This document shows positions 42,304 through 56,167 of a stretch of DNA of 64,000 bases, one piece after another. A program made the position numbers and the translations under genes. The stretch comes from Octopus vulgaris (lineage: Eukaryota): positions 23,808,001-23,872,000 of the forward strand of contig OX597832.1 in the NCBI GenBank assembly GCA_951406725.2, given 5' to 3'. A model generated the notes under the pieces. That model was not told the origin of the DNA and searched no databases. It saw only the letters and a program-made list of their open reading frames with translations. Position 1 is the stretch's first letter. The number at the start of each line of letters is the position of its first letter.

Positions 42304-42651
42304 TGCACCACACTGAGACAAGTGGACACACAGACACACGTATATGCAGGTTATTCATTTCCAATATTCCACAAAAACATTTTCGGCCATGGGGGAGCAT
42401 TCACTTGCTTGGAAGCAGGTGAGGGTCGGTGACAGCATGGGCACCCAACCCATCGAAAAGTGGCTCAAATGAATTACTGCACCACATTGAGACAAGTGGA
42501 CACACAGACACATGTACATGCAGGTTATTCATTTCCAATATTCCATGAAAGCGTTTTCGGCCATGAGGAAACATTCACTTGCTTGGAAGCAGGTGAAGGT
42601 CGGTGACAGCATGGGCACCCAACCCATCGAAAAGTGGCCCAAATGAATTGC
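42304..42651 (+). repeat. 174-bp tandem duplication
   Basis: GAGACAAGTGGACACACAGACAC starts at 42315 and again at 42489. The two units are nearly identical. Confidence 0.9.
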
Positions 42652-44026
42652 TTCCATGTAAGCACGGAAAAATGAATGTTAAAATTTATACGCGTCTGTG
42701 TGTATACATATATACGCAAACATGTTTATATACAGACAGAAACACAGCTATATTATTGCACTTAAATCTATCAAATAATGTCTATCCTCTACCTTTATAA
42801 GGCCACATTTTGTATCCTTAGAAATGAAAATAGAAAGAATAATGCAATAAAATTCAACGTCTCCTTTCAGACAAAAATTTAAATTTATAACAAAAACAGA
42901 AATGGGTTGTTCTGGTACCTGAAGATGACTGAAGGAGAAATTGCTTTGTGGAAAAATGGAAGATACACAAGGAAGATAATGGTTTAAAGAAATCAGTGGT
43001 TAATCGAATATATGTTAGCACTGTGTGTGTGTGTGTGTGTGTGTGCGTGCGCATACATGCATGCGTGTCTGCATGCAAATATGTGCGTATTTGCATGCAT
43101 GTGAGAATGTGTGTGCATAAATGAATACCTGAGTATATGTCTGTACATGCGTGTATAGCCATGTGTGTGTACGTTTGTAGGTGTGCATGTGTATGTAAGC
43201 TTGTAGGCGTGCGTGTGTATGTTTGTGCGTGTTTGTAGGAGTGTGTGTGTACGTTTGTAGGCATGCATGTGTACGTCTGTAGGCATGTGTGTGTGTGTGT
43301 GCATTTGTAGGCGTGTGTGTGTGCTAGCGCAATCATAAAACCATTGTATGAGACTAAGGCATCATCGCAGAATTGAACCTACGCAAACTAACGAACTATT
43401 GAGATGTCACAAAAACAAAGAACATCACCTAAAAACAACTTGTATCAAGTAAAACAAAAATTATTTTTTTTTTAATTTCAAAAACAGCCACCATAAATAA
43501 AACAAACAAAATTGGCCTGACTCAAGAAACACACACACACCATTTAAATTTGATATTTGTACATATTCCATTGTGTTTTCTAGTTCAAACCTAAACATTT
43601 TAGCACAAATTTTATTTTCTTTGAAAAAAAAAAAAAAAAACCAGCAAAACAAAACAAACAAAAAAAATCAAGAAATTCTCTCTTGGAAGGAAACTAATGT
43701 TGAAAAACAAAAAAAAAAAAATAATAATAAAAAGATTGTTCTAGAGAACCGTCTTTCAATAATAACGTTTTACAATAAAATCAGAACTTTTTTTTTTAAG
43801 GGTTAATTCTGAAACAAGAATAGTAGTCCTTCTTCTATAGACACAAAGCCTGAAATTCTGTGGGAGCTGGACCCCAGTGCTTAGCTGGTACTTTATTTTA
43901 TCAACCCTGGAAGGACAAAGGGCAAAGTTGGACCTCAAAGAAATTTGAGCTCAAAGCCAAGTCAGAAGAAATACCAGCAAAGCATAGAGTCCAGTGTGCA
44001 ATCATTTCTGTCAACCTACCGTCACT

Positions 44027-44062
<36 letters not shown>

Positions 44063-45697
44063 GTTTCAAATTTTGGCACAAGGCCAGCAATTTCAAGGGA
44101 GAAGGTAATTCGATTATATCGACCCCAGTATTCAACTGGTACTTATTTTATCGAGCCTGAATAGACAAAAGGCAAAGTCGACCTCAGCAGGGTTTGAACT
44201 CAGAATGTAGCAACAAGCAAAATACCGTTAAGTATTTTGTCCAACTCCTTCATGATTCTGCCAGCTTGCTACCTTAAAAATAATAATAATAAATCCTTTC
44301 TATTGGAGGCGCAGTGCCTCAAATTTGTGGGGATGGGGGACTAGTCGATTATACTGACCCCAGCGTTTCACTGGTACTTAATTTAATCGACCCCCCCCCC
44401 CCCCGAAAGGATGAAAGGCAAAGTCGACCTCGGTGGAATTTGAACTCAGAATCTAGCAACTAGCGAAATACCGTTAAGCATTTCGTCAAACAATTCTGCC
44501 ACCTCGCCGCCTTCTTAATAAGAATTGTAGTTTCAAATTTTAGCACAAGGCCAGCAATTTCAGGTAGGAGATGAGTCAATAAGTGTTGAGCTGGTACTTT
44601 ATTTTATCAACCTCAAAAAAAAAAAAAAAAAAAAAAAAAAACAAAGGCAAAAGTGACTTCTGCAAAACTTGAGCTCAAAGAGTAAAAAACCAGAAGAGGT
44701 GGCACTTAGCATTTTGTACGACATGCTAATGATTCTCCCTTGACAATAAGGACTTAAAATTTTGGCAAAAAGGCCAGCAATTTTAAGGGAGTAGGTTGAG
44801 ACAATTACATTGACCCCAGTGTCCAACAGGTGCTTATTTTATCGACCCTGAAAGGATGAAAGGCAAAAGTCACCCCTCCGTGGCATTTGAGCTCAAATCA
44901 TTAAAAAACTGGAAGAAACACCTTTAAGCATTTTATCCGGTACACTAAAGATTCTGCCACCTGGCCAACCATAATAATAATAATAAATAACAATATTTTC
45001 ATAGAAGCCTTTACATTAATTAAATACTAATTATTTCGGTTGTAGTTTTTGGAGAAGATTGATAAAACTTGACACTTGGTGAATTGAAGAGACCAATTTA
45101 ATAAATTGTGCTAAATAAAATATTTTAGTTTTGTTGTTGTTGTTGTTGTTTGAAGTTTATTTTGTTTTCACTTTTTTTTTTTTTTCGGAAATTTTTTTTT
45201 TTTTTTTATTAAGTAATTTCAAGTATGAAGGTATTTTAGCTTAATTTTAATTATCATACATGCTAAGTGTGAATAAATATGGAAAAAAAAAAAAAAATAA
45301 TTGCTTTTGTTTAACAAAGCAAAAAAAAAAAAAAAAAAACTTAGAAACTAAAATTTTTTTTGTTTTTTTTTTTTCAACTGTATAAATGAGCCAAAATACA
45401 AAACAAAAAAGTGAAAGTGGGTGTTGAGAGGGGGAGAGAGGGGTTTGAAGAGAAAGATAAAATGATGCACTCTAGGGGTTTTATAGTTCTGCAATTGTGG
45501 TTGTTAGTTAACCAGATTTTTTTTTTTTTTTAATCATTTTATTCATTTTTTTTTTTAATATTATTTTTCTTCTTTTTCTGTGAATCTTCAATAGTAATAA
45601 TATTCAGTGTCTGGAACATAACCAGATTATTACTTTGATCAAACATTGTCTGCCAATTTAGGGTGTTTGCTTTTAGAATAATAACGGTAATCCACTT

Positions 45698-45711
45698 TCA
45701 TACTGTATCAT
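45698..45711 (-). CDS. UBE2W: UBE2W terminal coding exon
   Basis: tttcag acceptor then ATGATACAGTATGA, completing ...WWYH-D-D-T-V-stop. Followed by long A/T-rich UTR-like sequence. Confidence 0.88.
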
Positions 45712-46689
45712 CTGAAATTAATTGAAAAAAAAAAAATTAATTTTTTTTTTAAGTTAAAACAATTAAAAATCTGTTACTGATGTTAAAGTACAAGAGAGTA
45801 CATCGTTTTAAAGCCCTTACAAACACAGAATTATGTAAAAGACAGAGAGAGAGAGAAAGAGGAAATAAATAAATATATTCTTCATTTAAGAAGGGCATCC
45901 AGCTGTAGAAACCATGCCAAATCAGACTGGAACCTGTTCAGCCCCTCAGATTACCAGCCCTGGTCAAACCATCCAACACATGCCAGCATGGACAACAGAC
46001 ATTAAAAGATCATCATCATCATCATCGTTTAACGTCCGTTTTCCATGCTAGCATGGGTTGGACGGTTCAACTGAGGTCTGGGAAGCCAGAAGGCTGCGCC
46101 AGGCCCAGTCTGATCTGGCAGTGTTTCTACAGCTGGATGCCCTTCCTAATGCCAACAACTCCGAGAGTGTAGTGGGTGCTTTTTACGTGCCACCTGCACA
46201 GGTGCCAGACGAGGCTGGCAACAGCCACAATCGGATGGTGCTTTTTACGTGCCACCGGCACGGAGGCCAGTCGGGGCGGCGCTTAAAAATTCACAACATA
46301 GTGAATGTCTCATTGCCAATCTCTTAGAAATATCCTGAAGATCACCAGGTGTGGCTACATCACAATGAAATGGTGAGAAGAGCTGGCCTAAGTAAATTGC
46401 ACGGTTCCATCAAAGCCAGATGAAGGAACCTACTTGGCCGTACATTGCACTCAATACTGGAGATATTGGTAAGGACAACCAATGAGTGAACAATTAAAGG
46501 TGGAAAGAGAAAGAGAGGAAGGCTGGTAAAGATGTGGCAAAAACATTTAAGAAAATGCTTTTAAGTCCATTGCCATTTTAGCATTATTATTAACACTGTT
46601 AACGTGGCGAGCTGGCAGAATCGTTAGCACGCTGGATGAAATGCTTAGTGGTGTTTCACCTACATTCTAAGTTCAAATCAGAAGCAACA

Positions 46690-47290
46690 ATCGTTCCACT
46701 TTGCTGATGGATTCCCAAGCATGATCAGCTCAGATTATGGATATTATCCAACCATCTCATTTTTTGGTCTACCCCTAGGTCCCCTATTAGTTGGTTTAGC
46801 AGCATAAAGAATTTGCCTCTTAATCCATTCCTAATGACATATCTGTAGCACCAGAGCTGTGACCTCTCAATGTGGAGAAGAATTGGCTTAACCTAGAGAG
46901 ACTCCCTGATCTCTCAGCTATGAACCCTGTTGAGTAACATTACTCCACAGATCCCCTCAGATCAACTTCATTTCAGACATTTATTTGTGATCCTATTTTT
47001 TTGGTCATTACTCAACATTCACAATCAGAAATGATCAGCACAAAAAAATTTTTTTTTTAAGCAACTTTTCTGAGAATCAAATGCTGAATAGCTAACACTT
47101 TACTGTACCAGCAATTCTCCTGAATTCCAGCATCCAAATCAGCCTCCTGATTCCCATCACTTTTAAATACAGCCCCAAGATGCTTAAACTTCTCCACTTG
47201 CTTCAGTGCCATCCCACTAACATGCAGAGTGCAGTGGGAAGACTGTCTTGAGAGGACCAAACCAATATGTGAGGTGCTATCTAAATTCAA
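46690..47290 (-). mobile_element. Degenerate RTE-like LINE fragment
   Basis: LKQVEKFKHLGAVFKSDG resembles the post-RT V..FKYLG motif. Confidence 0.6.
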
Positions 47291-47408
47291 CTCTGATTTA
47301 CATCAGTGATGACATTGCTAATAAACTGTTTGTTCATAGAAAGCAAAGATAACACTTATGAAATACAAATATAATTTTAAATATTATTAAAGGAATTTAG
47401 TAACATAC

Positions 47409-47484
47409 CATGATACCACCATTTGGTCTTTTTGGGATTTTTGTGTGCTGTTTTTACATAAAAACCATTGTCTGGGGGGCGTTT
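47409..47484 (-). CDS. UBE2W: UBE2W exon (76 nt)
   Basis: attcag acceptor, KRPPDNGFYVKTAHKNPKKTKWWYH(D), gtatgt donor. This is the conserved UBE2W C-terminus. Confidence 0.95.
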
Positions 47485-47845
47485 CTGAATAAATACAAAA
47501 AAGAAATTTATATTGAAAAATGTTTGGTTTCATAAAAATAATTTTATGAATTATAAATCCAAGATGCGTGATCTTTGGGAAGAGATGTGAGTGATGGTTA
47601 TGAGTTTTGATCAAAGTTTAATGAATCAGAGTGATCTCAAGTTGATCAACAACATTACCAAAGATTCTGAAATTCAAGAACAAAATTGGTAAATTTGAAC
47701 AAGGGTGTGTGGTCAAAGAAGAGACAAGAAGCACGAGGTTTCATACAAGACCTTCAAAGAATTTCTGTGTTGTTATTGCGAGATTGCGAAAATAAGAGTT
47801 GTTTGTTCTGGAAGAGATATTTGCGAAATTCCGGTGAGTTCTTAC

Positions 47846-48001
47846 CTTTTCTCGGCAGCTGGAGAGCATACTGATGATACTAAGGCAGATGGACTGTACA
47901 GACAGGGCTGGAGACCAGTCATCAGATAATATTGAAAGACAAATGTGACCGTTGCTGTAAACGTGTGGGTGAACAGGTATGTTGTTACCTATAAAGGTCA
48001 C
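47846..48001 (-). CDS. UBE2W: UBE2W catalytic exon (156 nt)
   Basis: Reads VTFIGNNIPVHPHVYSNGHICLSILSDDWSPALSVQSICLSIISMLSSCREK. HPH in place of HPN before the catalytic Cys is diagnostic of UBE2W. AG/GT boundaries present. Confidence 0.97.
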
Positions 48002-48191
48002 CTGCAAGGGAAAGAACATTGGCACCAATTAGCAATTTAGATGAGTTTTAGAAGTTTGTGTGCATGTATATATATGGATAAGATCGTTAATTTAAAAATA
48101 AAATAACGATTTTATCAAGTGGTCAACATGGAAAGAATAACCTTCAAAGGTAATAATTATTAAAATAGATACCCTAATTTATAATTATAAT

Positions 48192-48230
<39 letters not shown>

Positions 48231-49327
48231 AAATTAACCCTCTTGATACTAAATGGTAGTAAAATAGTAGTTAAAATTTGTGCAATACAGTAATCTCTTA
48301 TCATATTGCGGTTCACCTATCATGGTTTATTATTTAAGCTTACATCAATTCAAGGTGGTGTTTTGCATTTATAATGAAATATATACAAATTATAAAAACA
48401 AGAAAAAAATATACAGATACAGGCACAGGAGTGGCTGTGTGGTAAGTACCTTGCTTACCAACCACATGGTTCCGGGTTCATTCCCACTGCGTGGCACCTT
48501 GGGCAAGTGTCTTCTACTATAGCCTCAGGCCGACCAAAGCCTTGTGAGTGGATTTGGTAGACGGAAACTGAAAGAAGCCTGTCATATATATGTATGTATG
48601 TGTGTATATATATATGTGTGTGTGTGTCTCAACATCGCTTGACAAACGATGGTGGTGTGTTTACGTCCCCATAACTTAGCAGTTCGGCAAAAGAGACCGA
48701 TAGAATCAGTACTAGGCTTGCAAAGAATAAGTCCTGGGGTCGATTTGCTCAACTAAAGGCGGTGCTCCAGCATGGCCGCGGCCAAATGACTGAAACAAGT
48801 AAAAGGGATGATTGTGAGTATCCTGATTTTTAGAATAGACACACCATAGCTTAGAATCAGAAAGGCACATCATAATCCAACCTGTTGTAAGTGGCAACTA
48901 AAAATGGGTCAATGTCAAGAGGGGGATGTTGTCCTGTCGCTGTAAAACCCTTCCTCAGAAAATCCAGTCTAGTCCAGCCCATGCCAGCATGACAAAGCAG
49001 GTATGAAAAGGATTTACACTACAGTTTCTCACTACTATGTTACATGTGCATGTGTGCACCAAAGCAAATAGGTGCATCAAGTAAAATTTTGTGACATTTA
49101 GGTATTCGCTTTCACCCTTTACATCTCACGCTTTACAGTGTTCGTATTTCAGTTAATACCAAACCATCCATAAATTTATCCAAGAGTCTCTTTTGTTAGG
49201 ATACAAACAACCAGCTTAAACATACAAAATGGTCATTATTTTATTATACTCTTCTAAATTCCTGATTGTTTTCAAAATTAATTAAAATCCAAAACAGGGC
49301 GTTTTCATCTTTCATTAGAAAGATGGC

Positions 49328-49358
<31 letters not shown>

Positions 49359-49557
49359 GTTTAACGTCCGCTTTCCATGCTAGCATGGGTTGGACGATTT
49401 TGACTGAGGGCTGGCAAACCAGACGGCCGCACCAGGCTCCAATCTTGATCTGGCAGAGTTTCTACAGCTGGATGCCCTTCCTAACGCCAACCACTCCGAG
49501 AGTGTAGTGGGTGCTTTTTACGTGCCATCGGCATGGGAAAAGTTAAATGAAACCTAC

Positions 49558-49660
49558 CTGAGGAGACTCGAATGGATAACGAGGACCAAACTTAAAACAG
49601 AGTTTGAAGCTCTCACCACCGTACAAAGTGCCAGATGCACCATCCAAATCGACAATCCAT
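49558..49660 (-). CDS. UBE2W: UBE2W exon (103 nt)
   Basis: tttccag acceptor, WIVDLDGASGTLYGGESFKLCFKFGPRYPFESPQ, gtagg donor. Confidence 0.95.
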
Positions 49661-51294
49661 CTGGAAAGGAAAGCAAATTTCTTTCAGACAAGGGAATTAG
49701 AAAGTAAAGGACAAGGTCATGCAAAACCCCAGTTTACCTATATACAACAATAAAATGGGCAATTAACAGTATATATGGAACCTGTATAGGTTTATAAACA
49801 GGCCTAATTAAACTATTTCTCTAAAGACTTTAAAATAAAAACCTTAATTGATTTTTTAAATCTTGCTGGATTCTCATCAGAAGTGTCTACAACAATATGA
49901 CTAATTCCAGAGAAACCAGCTGAGTGCACACTCGACACACAGAGTGCACGCTCAGCACACAGGGTGCACGCTCAGCACACAGTGCACACTCAACACATTG
50001 GGTGCACACTCGACACATTGGGTGCATACTCACTTTGTTTATATATTGTATATACTCAACATATGATATGCAAATTAGTAGCTCCAGTTTCTTGTAGCTA
50101 CTGAAATTGTTAACATTTTAATATCAGGGGCCTGTCAACAGGGATCTCAACCCACAGAATGATCACTGTATGATATCCTATATGTAACCTATATACTAGA
50201 GATATAAACAGGGCTGGCTGATATATAAACAGGGTTGCTTTGGAAACCACGTGGTTTCAGTCTCATTGTGCAGCAGTATCTTCTATAACCCCGGGCCAAC
50301 CAATACCGTGCGAGTGAATTAGGAGATGGAAACTGAATGATTAACTCTGTTCAAGAAAGTCAAGGGTAGACAACTCTCGGAAAGTGAACTGATTTAAAAA
50401 AATAGACTTCAGCAGGGAGTGACCTCGAGAAGTATAGCAATAAATGGAAATATTTGGGGATTATAAGATCATCCCAGTATAGTGAACTCTTGTGTAGTTT
50501 CAAAGAGGATCATCATAATCCCCATTTCATGTCCATTTTCCATGCTGGCATGGATGGATTGGATGGTTTGCTAGCCGGCCAGAGAGCTTCACCAAGCTCC
50601 AATTGTCTGTTTTAGTATGGTTTCTACAGCTGGATGCCCTTCCTAACACGACCCACTTTACAGAATGGACTGGGTGCTCCATGCATGGGACCAGCACGGG
50701 GATTCCATGCATGGGACCAGCATGTGATCAGGCTACTATTTCTAGCCAACTGACCAATCACAGGTGCTATCATTAGTCTTGCCTAATGACACATGATATG
50801 ACAAAATTGGGGGCGGGGCATAGTTGATTAAACTGACCCCAGTAGGTCACTATTGCTTATTTTAATGAAGCTGGAACATTGTAGAGGAGATTCAAGTACA
50901 GAATGTGTAAAAGGGACAAACTAAATACCACAAGGTATTTTTTTGTGTCTGCTCCTCAGGCATGGCTAGTCACAGATGAGGCTGTGTGGTAAGATGGTAA
51001 GAAGTTTGCTTCCCAATCACATGGTCCCTGGTTCTGTTCCACTGTGTGGAATCCAAGACAAGTGCCCAAGATGCCACACAGGAATCCTAGGAACCTTATG
51101 AGTGGATATGAAGGAAGGAAACTGAAGGAAGCCTGATGTGCGTGTTACTCTCTCCTTGCTTTGACAAGGCATGATAGTCGTAAACGAGAGCCACCATCAT
51201 GCAAGCAGTGTCTATTTTTAATCTTTCTTGAAAACATGTCTGGCCAGGAAGAAATGTTTTCTTACTTACCAACAAAGCACACGGAGTTCTGTTT

Positions 51295-51885
51295 TTGATT
51301 CGACGGTCATTCAGAATGCTCACAGCAGCCATATTCCTACTGCTATATGTCACGCTGGTGAGACCCATATTGGAGTACGGGATTCAAGCCTCTTCTCCTT
51401 ATCTCCTCAAAGACATACATCATCTCAAAAGAGTCAAGAAGCTGGCTACCCGCATGGTTCTTGGTCTCAAGCATTTGTCTTATGAAGAAAGGCTAAAGAC
51501 GCTCGACCTTTATTTTCTAGAAAAACGACAACGCCGTGGTGATCTCATTCTTGCTCACAACATAAGTGGAAAGTGTAACCTCTCGAAAGAGCTGTTCTTC
51601 ACTCCTGCTCCAGAGCGTCGGCTGCGGGGTCACTCCGAAAGGCTCTATCTGCGACAATTTCATCTCAATTGAAGGAGAGGGGCTTTTTCCGTCCGGGTTG
51701 TGGATCTGTGGAATAAGCTGCCGGACGAGATAGTGAAGATGCTGACGACCGCTCGGTTCAAAGTCTCTCTTGACCAGAAATGGCCTGAACTCTTTGCATG
51801 AACACCCTCACTGTACATAACTCCATGTCCCCCTACATGGCCTTGCTTTTTGCTTTTTGAGCCAAAAAATTAACTTAACTAACTT
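51295..51885 (+). mobile_element. CR1-clade LINE 3' fragment
   Basis: Reads LYVTLVRPILEYG...LSYEERLKTLDL..LEKR.RRGDLI, the typical CR1 ORF2 C-terminus. Short 3' UTR and (TAAC)n-like tail. Confidence 0.85.
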
Positions 51886-52088
51886 GGAAACAGGGGAGGA
51901 TCGGTGACAGGAAGGGCATCCAAGCTATAAAGAATCCACCACAACAAATCCTGTCCAACCCACACAAGCATGGAAAAGTGGATGTTAAAGATGACAACAG
52001 TTCCCTACCTAATCTGTTTGCCAGTTCAGTTTCCTTACTAAAAAAAGAAAAAAAATTAAAAGAACATTTAAAAAAGAGACAAACATCT

Positions 52089-52260
52089 GGCGCAGGAGTG
52101 ACTGTGTGGTAAGTAGCTTGCTAACCAACCACATGGTTCCGGGTTCAGTCCCACTGCGTGGCATCTTGGGCAAGTGTCTTCTGCTATGGCCCCGGGCCGA
52201 CCAATGCCTTGTGAGTGGATTTGGTAGACGGAAACTGAAAGAAGCCTGTCGTGTATGTAT

Positions 52261-52298
<38 letters not shown>

Positions 52299-52508
52299 TT
52301 GTGTGTCTGTGTTTGTCCCCCTAGCATTGCTTGACAAACGATGCTGGTGTGTTTACGTCCCCGTCACTTAGCGGTTCAGCAAAAGAGACCGATAGAATAA
52401 GTACTGGGCTTACAAAGAATAAGTCCCAGGGTCGATTTGCTCGACTAAAGGTGGTGCTCCAGCATGGCCGCAGTCAAATGACTGAAACAAGAAAAAAGAG
52501 TAAAAGAG
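52089..52508 (+). mobile_element. tRNA-derived SINE family B (GGCGCAGGAGTGGCTGTGTGG head, CORE-like CTTGGGCAAGT, internal microsatellite), representative copy
   Basis: Other copies at about 2365-2512(-), 12857-13260, 17580-17855, 32824-33250, 34275-34645(-), 48421-48805, 54830-55445(-) and 57465-57625(-). Confidence 0.88.
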
Positions 52509-52528
52509 ACAAAACATCAGATACTTAC

Positions 52529-52620
52529 TCGGACATGCTTTTAGCAATGCTCTTGATATCTACACACAATCCCGGAGGAGGGTCTTTTGTTAGTGATTGA
52601 AGTTCTTTCTGCAACCGTTT
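52529..52620 (-). CDS. UBE2W: Ubiquitin-conjugating enzyme E2 W, internal exon (92 nt)
   Basis: Minus strand: ttttctag acceptor, KRLQKELQSLTKDPPPGLCVDIKSIAKSMS(E), gtaagt donor. This is the typical E2 N-terminal helix. Confidence 0.93.
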
Positions 52621-54149
52621 CTAGAAAAGAAAGGAAAAGCAGTTACAGCGGAACACAGAACCAAGAAACATAAGACATGACATGCTTCAGTAAACACTGA
52701 AAACTGGGCCAATTATGAGCCAATCCTTCCAACAAAGTATCTCTCTCAGCATAACTTCTCAACTAGTTCGTTGCAACTTAAGGGAGCCTCACTAAGCTGC
52801 TGGAAATAGCAGTCAAATCTATCTTCAAATTACATCATGCCATCCCAAAAGGATACAGTAGACACATCAGACAGTGGTGTTTCTAATACACAAAAAGCCA
52901 TGATGGTCATGGCTAGAATGCCTTTGATCATAGGGCCCTTTCATCAGGGCTGACTTGGTCTAAACACTGTTTTTTTTTTTATTGGGAACCGTATTTTTTA
53001 AACCTCAGTAATATATTCATCTGATTTATGTAAGATTGGAAAAAAATAGATGCAAAAATGAACGAACGTGTTTGTGTGTGTCAATACATATAAACAAATT
53101 AAATAGGGAGATACAAATGACAATTCACCCCTTTGAAGGAATTTTTTTCCTTTGTTACCTTATATAATACACGAGAGTAAGCACAAATGTGAAACAAGGT
53201 GGGAAAATGGTACTCGAATACCTATTTCTTTTCTACCCACAAGGGGCTAAACACAGAGAGGACAAACAAGGACAGAGAAACGGATTAAGTCGATTTCATC
53301 GACCCCAGTGCGAAACTGGTACTTTATTTATTGACCCCAAAAGGATGAAAGGCAAAGTTGACCTTGGCGGAATTTGAACTCAGAACGTGACGGCAGACGA
53401 AATACGGCTACGCATTTTGCCAGACGTACTAACACACACACACACATGAGCACACACCCACACATGCAGACAGACATATACATGCATGTGTGTGAAGTGT
53501 GAATAAAGCTATAAAGTAGAGAATATTGACAGGTTAGAGCAAAGAAAAATCTATAATTTGAAATTATTCCTGCTATCAGGCAATTAAAAAGCAAATATCT
53601 TTACATCCACTTTTCCCATACCAGTATGAGTTAGATGCAATTTTGTTGAGTATTCTAAAAATCAGATAAGCTTCCTATTACCAATTCTACTCATTTCCAG
53701 AATACTTATTCCCTTTGCCACTTGCATGACAGAACTATTGAACAGCCAGAAATGATTTTACGATACACTACTGCAAACAGTGATACTATTATGTAAGCAG
53801 TGACATTGTTTCATGCTATGTATGTGAACAAGGCTTCCATGATCACAATCATTTAATGCCCGTTGTCTATGCTGGCATGGGTCGGATGGTTTGACCAGAG
53901 CTGGGAACCTGCATCACACTCCAATCTGATTAGGCATGGTTTTCATGGCTGGATGCCCTTCCTAATGCCAACCACTTTACAAAGTGTGTTGAGCGCTCTC
54001 ATGTGGCGTCACATGGGAGCTTTCACATAGCTTGCCACGAGTGCTTTACACAAACCAGAAGGATCGGTCTTAACACTCTTGTACAGTTTCTATCAACCAA
54101 TTTTAGTCACAAACCAATGACCAGCCCATAGAAGCGCGCACGCGCATGC

Positions 54150-54510
54150 GTATGTGTGTGTGTGTGTACGTGTATATGTGTATGTACGTGTGTGTGTATG
54201 TATGTACGTGTGTGTGTGTATGTACGTGTGTGTGTGTATGTACGTGTGTGTGTGTATGTACGTGTGTGTGTGTATGTACGTGTGTGTGTGTATGTACGTG
54301 TGTGTGTGTATGTACGTGTGTGTGTATGTACGTGTGTGTGTGTATGTACGTGTGTGTGTGTATGTACGTGTGTGTGTGTATGTACGTGTGTGTGTGTATG
54401 TACGTGTGTGTGTGTATGTACGTGTGTGTGTATGTACGTGTGTGTGTATGTACGTGTGTGTGTATGTACGTGTGTGTGTGTATGTATGTATGTATGTGTG
54501 TGTGTATGCA
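54150..54510 (+). repeat. 14-16-bp compound minisatellite (TGTGTGTGTATGTACG)n
   Basis: Direct inspection. Confidence 0.92.
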
Positions 54511-55031
54511 TAGGTGTGCGCATGTGTGCACTACATGCAAATGTGTGTGCGTGTGCGTGTGCAAATACTGTGACAAAAAAGGTTTCGTTGACTAAACGTG
54601 TTTGTAAACGACAAGTGTTTGAGGAGGGAAAGCAAACGAAAATGCAACACCTGCTGTATTGATTCCACCTTAGGAAACAATACAATTGCTCTTATTGCAT
54701 ATTCCTGTTAACATAAAAAAGGAAAACAAACCCTCTAAGTGGTTGCTCAGCCTGCTAGCTAGAAATAGCAGTCAAATAATGTTCAAAATCATACTCCACT
54801 ATCTTAAAGACGTAACACATTGGATAATACTCTTTTACTTGTTTCAGCCATTTGACTGTGGCCATGCTGGAGCACCGCCTTTAATCGAGCAACTCGACCC
54901 CGGGACTTATTCTTTTGTAAGCCCAGTACTTATTCTATCGGTCTCCTTTGCCGAACCACTAAGTAACAGAGACATAAACACACCAGCATCGGTTGTCAAG
55001 CAATGCTAGGTGGACAAATACAGACACACAA

Positions 55032-55092
<61 letters not shown>

Positions 55093-56135
55093 CATACATA
55101 TATACGACGGGCTTCTTTCAGTTTCCGTCTACCAAATCCACTCACAAGGCTTTGGTGGGCCCGAGGCTATAGTAGAAGACACTTGCCCAAGGTGCCACGC
55201 AGTAGGACTGAACCCGGAACCATGTGGTTGGTAAACAAGCTACTTACCAGACAGCCACTCCTGCGCCTATATATATATATACATATATACGACAGGCTTC
55301 TTTCAGTTTCCGTCTACCAAATCCACTCACAAGGCATTGGTCGGCCCGAGGCTATAGCAGAAGACACTTGCCCAAGGTACCACGCAGTGGGACTGAACCC
55401 GGAACCATGTGGTTGGTAAGCAAGCTACTTAGCACACAGCCACTTCTGTAGTCCTAGATATATTATGTCTGGATCGAAAACAGGTTGGTGATGGATTGAG
55501 TAACTGAACAAAAGTTTCCTCAGTCAGGTTTGACGAGGTAGGGTAAACATTACTAATAAAAGGAATTAGAGTAAGAAAAAGCTAATAAAGGTCTGAATTA
55601 GTAATCAGCTAGTATAAATAAATAAAAACTGGATCGAGCAGTGTGTGGTGTGTTCTGGAGCAAAACGCTTCATTCTATGTTGTTCCAACCAGAAACTTTC
55701 TACTTCATAAAACAGTTTTGCTGTACATATTGAATCAAGCAAAGCTGTGACTTAGATGAAGTCAAAGTATTTTATTTTAACATCCACGTTTCCATGCCGG
55801 CATGGGTCGGATGGAATTTGCCAAGGCAAATTTTTCAATGGCTTGATGCCTTTCCTGTTGCCAACCCTCACCTGCTTCCATGTAAGATTTATATTCCCCC
55901 ATGGCTAGACCAAATGTATTTTCACAGAAGATTACTTCTTGTCTGATGGTGACTCATTCACAACTATCAGGTTATGTCAACGCAAGGAAACGGAAACACA
56001 CACACACACACACGACAGGCCTCTTTCAGTTTTTGTCTACTAAATTCACTCGTATTTAAACACACACACACCTACATATTTAAACACACACACACATTAA
56101 AATGCATGCACACATACATACATACACATAAAGAA

Positions 56136-56167
<32 letters not shown>

